Positions 8,946 to 16,351 of a DNA stretch of 64,000 bases are shown piece after piece. Numbering within the stretch: position 1 is the first letter of the stretch; each line of letters opens with the position of its first letter. The notes under the pieces were generated by a model, which was not told the DNA's origin, searched no databases, and saw nothing but the letters and a program-made list of their open reading frames with translations. Source of the DNA: Promethearchaeota archaeon (GTDB lineage: Archaea > Asgardarchaeota > Thorarchaeia > Thorarchaeales > Thorarchaeaceae); contig JBHLOX010000001.1 of NCBI GenBank assembly GCA_048940045.1, positions 33,598 through 97,597 on the forward strand, in the 5' to 3' direction. A program made the translations under genes and the position numbers.

Positions 8946-9070
8946 GAAGCAGGGGACACCCCCCGCGCCACCCTGCTTCATAGCCGGGTTTTCCCAGCAG
9001 CCCTGTATCATGCCCGTTTTTGTGGATTACCGTGAAGCATCCACCCGGAGTTAGCAGCGGACAGCTGCTA
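8946..9070. ncRNA. GC-rich structured intergenic element (candidate small RNA or terminator structure)
   Basis: Three stems: gaagcaggg/ccctgcttc (8946-8954/8971-8979), ccgggt/acccgg (8984-8989/9043-9048) and tagcagc/gctgcta (9052-9058/9064-9070). An A8 run at 8919-8926 gives T8 on the minus strand. The segment is clearly more GC-rich than its flanks. Confidence 0.3.
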
Positions 9071-9089
9071 GGAAGATGTAATATTGCCA

Positions 9090-9103
9090 CCATATATATA
9101 TGG
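9090..9103. promoter_or_regulatory. Perfect 14-bp (TA)n palindrome, candidate TATA element/operator upstream of the TrmB-like gene triplet
   Basis: ccatatatatatgg is self-complementary and flanked by ccac/gtgg. It lies about 85 nt upstream of ATG 9186. Confidence 0.3.
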
Positions 9104-9185
9104 CGTGGTTGTATACAGTCATAAAGTTAGTAAAAGAGGAATTTTCAAGTCTTACTCATAATTGAGTATAGAGGTGTGCCCTGTT

Positions 9186-10214
9186 ATGACAGAAAATGGC
9201 ATCTCAAAAGCCCTAGAACTATGTGGGTTTCTTACTGGTAGTGGGCAAGAGTCCCGTTTGATAAATCTACTCAGTGTTATTCTCAAGCTTCAGACGGACC
9301 CACCAATCCCTTTAACTTTTGGAGAAATCTATGATCAAGTGCAGAAAGATGAACCAGAGTCGAAGTTGACAAAAGCATGGGTACACAGGGTATTGAAAGC
9401 CCTAGTGGACATTCAGTTGATTCGCTTGGAGAGTCCTACAGCTCATCGAAAGAGGTACATTGCAGATGTGAATACCGTCATGGCTGGCCTTGAACAGTTG
9501 AAGAGTGAACGGATTAAAGAGCTTGAGGCACAAAAAGCGAAAATTGAGGAAACCCAAGATCTTGTGGCGAAACTAGAATGTGGAGAGCTTGCAAAGCAGT
9601 TTGTTAAGAGTGTGACTGGTGCTGAGCAGAAGATTAGTTCGCGTATAGTACGAGGAGTTGAAGAACTACACAGGGTTCTCAAATACAATATGTTAGACGT
9701 AGCAGGGAAAGGAGACACAATACGAGCAACCCTTCTCTGGGTTGGACCATTCCTGACTGGGGACACTATACAACGTATGATTAGTTTCACTAATGCAGCA
9801 AAGCGTGGTGCAGATGTCAGGTATATGACATCCACGGATATATTCAGTCTAGAAGAGATAGCTGATATTGATGTCGATGAAACTGCAGCGGCGGCATTAT
9901 TTCAACAACTTGTTGAATTAAAAAGGAGTAGGGTTAAATTTGATCTTCGTGTTTATGACGGTCCAAAAACATACTTTCAAGTGAGTCTTAACAAAGACAA
10001 TATGGCGCTGGTCATAGCTGAGAACCCAGTGACAGCCACATGGATTACCAGGGACTTCAATCCGGACTTAATTGACAATGCAGTGAAAGCGTTTGATAGG
10101 GAATGGAAGAAATCCAGATCATTTTTAGAATTATCACCCAAAGACTTGGAGGCTTTTGGTGTCCAACCCGATGCACTAATTAGTAGAATAAGACTTGTAA
10201 ATGGAGAAGAATAA
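9186..10214 (+). CDS. TrmB-like transcriptional regulator, paralog 1 (wHTH, coiled coil, C-terminal domain)
   Basis: The ORF is open from TTG 9162. ATG 9186 is preferred because agaggtg lies upstream. A wHTH-like segment (TKAWVHRVLKALVDIQLIRLE) and a coiled coil are present. The C-terminal block NMALVIAENPVTATWITRDFNPDLIDNAVKAFDREW is shared with the next two genes. Confidence 0.55.
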   Translation: MTENGISKALELCGFLTGSGQESRLINLLSVILKLQTDPPIPLTFGEIYDQVQKDEPESKLTKAWVHRVLKALVDIQLIRLESPTAHRKRYIADVNTVMAGLEQLKSERIKELEAQKAKIEETQDLVAKLECGELAKQFVKSVTGAEQKISSRIVRGVEELHRVLKYNMLDVAGKGDTIRATLLWVGPFLTGDTIQRMISFTNAAKRGADVRYMTSTDIFSLEEIADIDVDETAAAALFQQLVELKRSRVKFDLRVYDGPKTYFQVSLNKDNMALVIAENPVTATWITRDFNPDLIDNAVKAFDREWKKSRSFLELSPKDLEAFGVQPDALISRIRLVNGEE

Positions 10215-10231
10215 AGTGGCTACCCGGGGGA

Positions 10232-11149
10232 TTGAGGGTGACAACTGAAACAAGACATGAAGAACTGCTTGAATTGATTGGACTAGAGAAGACCAGAAAA
10301 GACATGGTCATACTTGGAGCCCTCTTCAAAGCCCAGAAAGAACCTTCTGATTTTATCGATTTCGAAACTCTGCGTGAACAACTAGCAAAAGACGAGGGTG
10401 CAAGAAAAGGAAAAGATTCCCTCATCTATAGGAGTCTGTCATGGCTCGAGAAGCAAGGATTTCTGAAGATTGACAAAGGGGGTCACAAGCATGGCTATAA
10501 CTCCAGTGTAGCAATTCTAGATAAGGCGGTAGAAAAGATAGTAAACAAGCAAGTCCAAACCCTAGAGAAAGAACTGAGGAAAATTGACTCCGAGATCAGT
10601 ATCTTCTCAGAAATGGATTCTGATGCCTTGGCATCTAGTCTAATCGATCTTGCTGCAGGGAAGGTAAAAATCGAGAAGTCGGTCTTTGCCCAAGGATGGG
10701 AGAGCATCCTGAAATTGCTTGAAAACAAGATATACAGTGGTCTCAAAGAGGGTGATGTGATAAGAATCAAGCTGGAGTGGTTATCTGACATTGACTACCT
10801 TGAGCCAAGAAGGATAATGAGATACGAAGAACTAGTTCAAAAGGGAGTGGAGATTCGAGCTCTCGATCATGACAGGGGTGAAAAGAAACTACGATCTAGA
10901 ATGAAGGAAGTTCTCACTACAATGCAAAACATGGGTGGCAAGGTTGGATATAAAATCCTGCGGCGGGAGGACGCAACATATCAATTCATGGGGCGCAACA
11001 ACGAAGGGATTGCGCTCATAGTTTCAGAGAGCCCACTCTCAGCAACATGGCTACCTAGAAGCAGTAACGAAGAGTTGGTTGAAAACGCGATAGACAGTTT
11101 TGACAGAGATTATGAGAAGGGGACAGACCTTCTGGATTATTTGGGGTGA
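10232..11149 (+). CDS. TrmB-like transcriptional regulator, paralog 2
   Basis: wHTH segment IYRSLSWLEKQGFLKID, a coiled coil, and the shared C-terminal block GIALIVSESPLSATWLPRSSNEELVENAIDSFDRDY. Confidence 0.55.
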   Translation: MRVTTETRHEELLELIGLEKTRKDMVILGALFKAQKEPSDFIDFETLREQLAKDEGARKGKDSLIYRSLSWLEKQGFLKIDKGGHKHGYNSSVAILDKAVEKIVNKQVQTLEKELRKIDSEISIFSEMDSDALASSLIDLAAGKVKIEKSVFAQGWESILKLLENKIYSGLKEGDVIRIKLEWLSDIDYLEPRRIMRYEELVQKGVEIRALDHDRGEKKLRSRMKEVLTTMQNMGGKVGYKILRREDATYQFMGRNNEGIALIVSESPLSATWLPRSSNEELVENAIDSFDRDYEKGTDLLDYLG

Positions 11150-12120
11150 AGGTTGTGGCTAGTAAGAAACTCCAGACAGCTTTGGAGAGGCTTGGGGTGG
11201 ATATGAGCTCAAGTGAGATGCAAGTCTTTCGAGCTGTTCTCATGGCTGCTGGGGGTACTGAGAGACCTGTGAATTATCGTAAAATCGCCACTAATCTTGA
11301 ATCAATAGCCAATAAAAAGTACACAAAGGCCTACATATACAGACGCCTTCACGATCTTGAGGAAGATGGATTCATCATAGCGGACAATATCCATTCTCCG
11401 AGGACCTATATGATTACTGAATCAAGTGTAGCAAAAGCACTAGACTCAAGACGAAAGCAGAAATTGTCTGAAACTCTAACAATGCGGCAAGATTTGACAA
11501 CAAATCTCAATCGTTTCAAGTCTGTCAAGAGCCATGAGCTTGCACTTATGCTACACAAACAGCTCGCTGGCGTTTCTGCATTCACGGATTCACTTCTCAT
11601 AGAAGGGGTAGAGAACGTCAGGAGTACGATAATCCGCGAGTTTGCAGATGGAGCGAAAGAGGGAGATGTTGTAAGAGTTCTTGGTCATGCTAGCACGTTG
11701 GCAGAAGGACTTGGACCGGGAGGTGTGACTGAGTTGAGGGTAATGCAGGCCGGTTTTAGAGGGGTTAAGGTTCTGGGGCTTCTCACTCCTGTTGGTGAGG
11801 ACACATTTGATGTTGAACTATTGGCAAAACACTTGGTTCCATTAGCAGAGGTGTTTGAGCAAGCAGCAGGGACAGGTAATATCCAGCTCAGGATATCGCA
11901 TGAACCCATTAAGACATATAGAATAGTCAGTCTCAACGAGGACAAGATGCTCCTTTATCTAACTCATGCTAAGGAGTCAGATGTTGCGGCTCTAGTCCAC
12001 AGAAAAGACAATCCTGGCCTCCTCAATGATGCACTTAGAACTTTTGACGAGATATGGGAAACCAGCATAGATGTTCTTGAAATTGTGAAAAAGAAAGCGC
12101 AGGAAGAGCATGCATTTTAA
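11146..12120 (+). CDS. TrmB-like transcriptional regulator, paralog 3
   Basis: N-terminus LERLGVDMSSSEMQVFRAVL...IYRRLHDLEEDGFIIAD is TrmB-type wHTH. The shared C-terminal block is KMLLYLTHAKESDVAALVHRKDNPGLLNDALRTFDEIW. The GTGA start/stop overlaps paralog 2. Confidence 0.6.
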   Translation: MKVVASKKLQTALERLGVDMSSSEMQVFRAVLMAAGGTERPVNYRKIATNLESIANKKYTKAYIYRRLHDLEEDGFIIADNIHSPRTYMITESSVAKALDSRRKQKLSETLTMRQDLTTNLNRFKSVKSHELALMLHKQLAGVSAFTDSLLIEGVENVRSTIIREFADGAKEGDVVRVLGHASTLAEGLGPGGVTELRVMQAGFRGVKVLGLLTPVGEDTFDVELLAKHLVPLAEVFEQAAGTGNIQLRISHEPIKTYRIVSLNEDKMLLYLTHAKESDVAALVHRKDNPGLLNDALRTFDEIWETSIDVLEIVKKKAQEEHAF

Positions 12121-13190
12121 GAAACTGAAACCCACGCTTTGCTCTTCGATAGGGTCAAGAAAATATCGTCACAGACTGCCTGAAAGTCCTCGTAAAGACC
12201 ATACTCTCCACCAGCAGCATACGGATGCCCGCCACCATTGAATAACTTCGCTGCAGCATTGCACAGTACTCCATCTCTGCCTCGTCTGAACCCTAACATC
12301 CCACCTTGACTGAGTGAGAGTAGGAGATCTGCAACCTTCAGCTCAGAATCGATAGCACTCAGGTTTTCCGGATTCGAGGCAAATGTGCCCATATCCGTCG
12401 AGGTCAAGCCACTGGGTATTTCGACGATTCGTACAAGCTTGCCATGGATGATCTGGTCGTGATGACCAGCTAGAGCCTTTCTCATCTTCTTTTTCTTCTC
12501 TTTCCTGTAGTTCTCGACCCTCTTGTTCAAAAGTGGATCCTTGAACCTGTGTGTATTATCTTCCCAAACTCCACTCATTCCACTTTCAGCTAATTTTGTG
12601 AGAACAGGATACAAGGCATAGGTCACGTCTTCCTTCTTGTCGATGGCTCCAAAACGGGTAACACTAACAGCATCAGTGAGTGCGGTAGCGGCTTCAATTT
12701 GTCGAAGGTTGAAATCGGTATCATGTGCAATCTTAGCAAGCTCAGCACATACTTCATCTCTTGGCATGAGCACCTTGTGAGTTATCTCTGCAGCACAGAA
12801 CTCATGATTGACCTTCAGCACGGGTTTGCTCCCTAGGGACAAAACCATTCGGATAGACCGATCTGACCACTGGTGATGGTCCAACCACACTATCCGACAG
12901 CCCTGTGAGATTGCTCGAGTCAATCCTGTCTGAACCGTTTCAAGTATCGTATCATCCATGCCAAGATCAGTGATGATGATTAATGTGTTTCGTTGTTTAC
13001 CAATGTCAGAGAACACCTGCTCGAATGAGCCATAATCAGTGAGAATCGCCTTGAAGTCGAAACCCTTTGCTTTGGCATATCTCCAAACAATAGCGGCTGA
13101 AACAAGTCCATCCACATCCTTATCATGAGATATTGAGAGAAGAGATGTAATCTTCTTTGTTTTTGACTCGCTTTCTCGTTCCTCAGGCAT
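12117..13190 (-). CDS. DHH/DHHA1-family phosphoesterase (NrnA/RecJ-like)
   Basis: DHH motifs HDKDVDGLVSA, ITDLGMDD and WLDHHQW, plus the DHHA1 motif GGGHPYAAGG. Confidence 0.85.
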   Translation of the reverse strand: MPEERESESKTKKITSLLSISHDKDVDGLVSAAIVWRYAKAKGFDFKAILTDYGSFEQVFSDIGKQRNTLIIITDLGMDDTILETVQTGLTRAISQGCRIVWLDHHQWSDRSIRMVLSLGSKPVLKVNHEFCAAEITHKVLMPRDEVCAELAKIAHDTDFNLRQIEAATALTDAVSVTRFGAIDKKEDVTYALYPVLTKLAESGMSGVWEDNTHRFKDPLLNKRVENYRKEKKKKMRKALAGHHDQIIHGKLVRIVEIPSGLTSTDMGTFASNPENLSAIDSELKVADLLLSLSQGGMLGFRRGRDGVLCNAAAKLFNGGGHPYAAGGEYGLYEDFQAVCDDIFLTLSKSKAWVSVS

Positions 13191-13356
13191 TTGAGCTCAT
13201 TGAACGAGGTGAAAGGGGGCCTATTTTAACTTCCCGTAGGTATACCCGTTATGTTCCTATCTGTATATTTATTTTGAATTATAATTCATTATTTCCTGAG
13301 GCTGCCAAAACCGTTTCTCGGTGCAGCCTACAAATTTCAAGAGAAGAGAAAAAAGA

Positions 13357-13803
13357 ATGGGAAACTCAACCTTCACGGCTCATCTAACCTCAACAGACAT
13401 GCCTAAGATTCACAGTATCACCCTTGGGGGTTATCAGAGTACAGCAGTCTGCCCACCTCCTATGACAAAGAACTATCCAGGAACGACCAGTCCACATCAG
13501 CTCTTTCTTGCTTCTATTGGGGCATGTGTGAACCTCGTTTTCGAGATTGCACTGGAAAAAGCACACATAGAGCTTTTTGACCTGCATTCGGAAATAACAG
13601 GGCATTATGAAACCGTTGAAGAATCTGGGCAGAGCCGTTTCACTGCAATTGAAGTAGAAACCAAAATAACAATTCCAAAAGGAGTGAATGAGAAAAAGGT
13701 CTTGAGACTGTATGAAGTTGCTCAGGACAATTGTCCCATTGGCAATTGCTTGATTGGTTCATGTGTGAAGCTCGTTACAAATCTAGACATCACATACCGA
13801 TAA
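13357..13803 (+). CDS. OsmC/Ohr-family protein
   Basis: LFLASIGACVNLVFEIALEK... and C-terminal NCPIGNCL match the two Cys-containing blocks of the OsmC family. The ORF is open from 13321; ATG 13357 is preferred. Confidence 0.65.
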   Translation: MGNSTFTAHLTSTDMPKIHSITLGGYQSTAVCPPPMTKNYPGTTSPHQLFLASIGACVNLVFEIALEKAHIELFDLHSEITGHYETVEESGQSRFTAIEVETKITIPKGVNEKKVLRLYEVAQDNCPIGNCLIGSCVKLVTNLDITYR

Positions 13804-13903
13804 AGAGAGTCTTGTCATGAAAGATCTTTGCTTCCGTAATGATTGCTAGTTAGTCGAAAGTGTTTTGTGATGCGTCACCAGCAGTTAACCTGCGAGGAAT
13901 AGA

Positions 13904-15748
13904 ATGAGCGAATCCAAAGAAGACACCATCATGAGTGGCAATGAAGCTATAGCGAGAGGGGCTTTAGAGGCAGGCATTGGATTTTGTGCGTCCTATCCCG
14001 GAACCCCATCCACCGAGATTGCGACAACCCTCTTCAAAGCCACGCCTGAGCATGATATACATGTCGAGTGGTCCACCAATGAAAAGGTGGCCATGGAGGC
14101 TGCAGCTGCTGCAAGTTGGGCAGGGATTCCAGCCCTTTGTTCAATGAAGTCACTGGGTCTGAATGTTGCCTCTGATTTTCTACTAAACCTCAACCTCTCA
14201 GGCTCAGGAAAGGGGGGTTTCGTAATTGTCGTCTGTGATGACCCACGGGGTCATAGCTCTAGTAATGAACAAGATTCAAGGTTCTATGCGAAAGCAGCTA
14301 AAATTCCCCTGTTAGAACCATCAACCTATCAAGAGGCGATGGATGTCACAAAGACTGCATTCAAACTCTCTCGGAAGTTTGAGGTCCCAGTTCTTGTTCG
14401 AAGTACGACTAGGTTGTCACACTCAAGAGGATTAGTCCAGGTTGGCAAGGTTTTAACGAAGAAGAAAAAGGCGCAGAGTCTTCCAGAACACCTCTACAAT
14501 ATCCCATCACCTCACTTAAGGCATAGAGATCTCTTGGTGAAGATGGACAGGATAGAACAGGAGTTTGAGGAATCAACATTCAATGTTGAAGCAAACATCA
14601 AGGATATGGATCTATTAGTCATTTCAAGTGGTATTAGTTCTCTCTATACTCAAGAAGCCATCCAGACTCTTCAGGTAGATAAGATAGGTCATCTGAATCT
14701 AGTCACGACATACCCTCTACCTAGAAAGGCGGTTACCAATCTTCTACATAGGGTTGACAGAGTATTGTTCGTTGAGGAGAATGATCCTTTCCTTGAGGAT
14801 GAAACTAGATCACTTTCCGCGGATTTTGAGAGCCCCCCACATTTCTATGGTAAAAAGACAGGACACATTCCAAGCTTTGGTGAAATGAAAACAGATGTTG
14901 TCTTGAACGCCATTGCCAAACTGTTTGGAAAGGAGTCACCTTCAAGAGAAGATGCATCTTCGGACATGCTTGTAGATAGACCACTCACCTTCTGTGCAGG
15001 ATGTACGCACCGCAACTTCTACTGGGCCGTTCGCACTGTGAAGAAACGGCTGAGTGGGAAACTTGTTGTTGCTGGAGACATTGGGTGCTACTCGCTAGGT
15101 GTATTCTATGATGAGGCAATGGACACCATGCATGCCATGGGCTCTGGGATAGGAGTTGGGAGTGGACTGGGTCAACTGCAAAGATTCGGGTTTGATTCTA
15201 AGGTCGTATCGGTTGCAGGTGACTCGACCTTCTTCCATGCGTGCTTACCGGGACTCATCAATGCACGACATAAGAATGCAGACCTGACATTTGTGATACT
15301 TGACAATGCCACAACTGCAATGACTGGGTTCCAAGTTCACCCAGGTTCAAGGTTCCAAGAGAAATATCTGAGAAGAGTAAAGATTGATAGCTTGGTCAAA
15401 GCAGTGGAGCCAGATTTCTTCTCTATGGGAGATGCGACAAATATCAAGTCACTCACTGAGCTGCTTCACTCGACAGTGAAAAAAGATGGTCTGAAGGTCC
15501 TCTTGCTGAATAGTGTGTGTAGACTTGAGGAGGTCAAGCGAGAGCCGGGATTTGTTGGTGCCACACCAGTTCAGATAGACTGGGATCTGTGTAAAGGCGA
15601 GAAGTGCAAGATCTGTGCCCGTGACTTTGGGTGTCCAGCATTGAGCTGGGATGCAGAAGCCGGATATCCAGTCGTTTTGGATCACATATGTGTGCAATGT
15701 GGCGCTTGCATAGCAGTGTGTCCTCACGATGCCATTGTGGAGGGTTAA
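13904..15748 (+). CDS. iorA: Indolepyruvate:ferredoxin oxidoreductase, alpha subunit
   Basis: N-terminal MSGNEAIARGALEAGIGFCASYPGTPSTEI, a TPP-binding block (GDIGCYSLG...AGDSTFFHA) and a C-terminal 2x[4Fe-4S] region (CKICARDFGCPA...CVQCGACIAVCP). The size is 614 aa. Confidence 0.9.
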   Translation: MSESKEDTIMSGNEAIARGALEAGIGFCASYPGTPSTEIATTLFKATPEHDIHVEWSTNEKVAMEAAAAASWAGIPALCSMKSLGLNVASDFLLNLNLSGSGKGGFVIVVCDDPRGHSSSNEQDSRFYAKAAKIPLLEPSTYQEAMDVTKTAFKLSRKFEVPVLVRSTTRLSHSRGLVQVGKVLTKKKKAQSLPEHLYNIPSPHLRHRDLLVKMDRIEQEFEESTFNVEANIKDMDLLVISSGISSLYTQEAIQTLQVDKIGHLNLVTTYPLPRKAVTNLLHRVDRVLFVEENDPFLEDETRSLSADFESPPHFYGKKTGHIPSFGEMKTDVVLNAIAKLFGKESPSREDASSDMLVDRPLTFCAGCTHRNFYWAVRTVKKRLSGKLVVAGDIGCYSLGVFYDEAMDTMHAMGSGIGVGSGLGQLQRFGFDSKVVSVAGDSTFFHACLPGLINARHKNADLTFVILDNATTAMTGFQVHPGSRFQEKYLRRVKIDSLVKAVEPDFFSMGDATNIKSLTELLHSTVKKDGLKVLLLNSVCRLEEVKREPGFVGATPVQIDWDLCKGEKCKICARDFGCPALSWDAEAGYPVVLDHICVQCGACIAVCPHDAIVEG

Positions 15749-16343
15749 TGATTTGAGAGACCCATATTCCATTCTGGTGGCTGGTGTTGGAGGACAGGGA
15801 AACCTTGTATGTGGGAGGATTATCGCAGAGGCCACAGTGCTGCAGGGTCTACGTCCCGTCGTGGGTGACACCTTTGGTGCATCACGTAGAGGTGGAAGTG
15901 TGATGACCCATATCAGGATTGGAAAGCAGGACTGGGGACCCCTGATACCCAAAGGGGAGGTTGACATCTTACTTGGTTTCGAGCCGGTTGAGGCGCTTCG
16001 CGCAGCAGTGAGGTATGCAGGTAAGAGAACAATTGCTATTGTGAGCAGGATGACTGTGCCACCCTCCAATGTGACTTCAGGCGATCTGAGCTACCCGGAG
16101 ATTGATGACATCAAGAGAGAACTGGAATCTTTATGCAAATGGGTGCATCTTTTGGAAACTGAACCGGTCTTGAAGAAGCTGGGTTCAACGAGGGTCCTGA
16201 ACTCCTACATGATTGGTGCACTATCAACGCTCGAGGAGAATCCTCTTGACTCTAAGAACTTGCAACAGGCACTTTCGAACATACTTGACTCTGAGAGAAA
16301 CCTAGTTGCATTCGATGAGGGAGCTCAAGCTCTACAGCGATAA
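15729..16343 (+). CDS. iorB: Indolepyruvate:ferredoxin oxidoreductase, beta subunit
   Basis: ILVAGVGGQGNLVCGRIIAEA is the gamma-type oxidoreductase domain motif. The gene overlaps the iorA 3' end; the true start may be TTG 15753. Confidence 0.85.
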   Translation: MPLWRVNDLRDPYSILVAGVGGQGNLVCGRIIAEATVLQGLRPVVGDTFGASRRGGSVMTHIRIGKQDWGPLIPKGEVDILLGFEPVEALRAAVRYAGKRTIAIVSRMTVPPSNVTSGDLSYPEIDDIKRELESLCKWVHLLETEPVLKKLGSTRVLNSYMIGALSTLEENPLDSKNLQQALSNILDSERNLVAFDEGAQALQR

Positions 16344-16351
16344 GTTTGACT

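Noticed and set aside
8905-9093. 62-aa minus-strand ORF in the GC-rich intergenic element.
   Set aside because: The Pro/Gly/Cys/Leu-rich translation has no motif or ribosome-binding context. The region is better explained as structured RNA or DNA (reported as a finding).
15449-16069. 206-aa antisense ORF across the iorA/iorB junction. Similar long antisense ORFs lie inside porA (25674-26243), porG/porD (24571-25038), the GTPase gene (for example 16763-17119, 16977-17252) and the giant genes (for example 54000-54473, 48183-48536, 45303-45653).
   Set aside because: All lie wholly opposite strongly supported coding regions. They have low-complexity Ser/Pro/Arg/Thr-rich translations typical of shadow ORFs.
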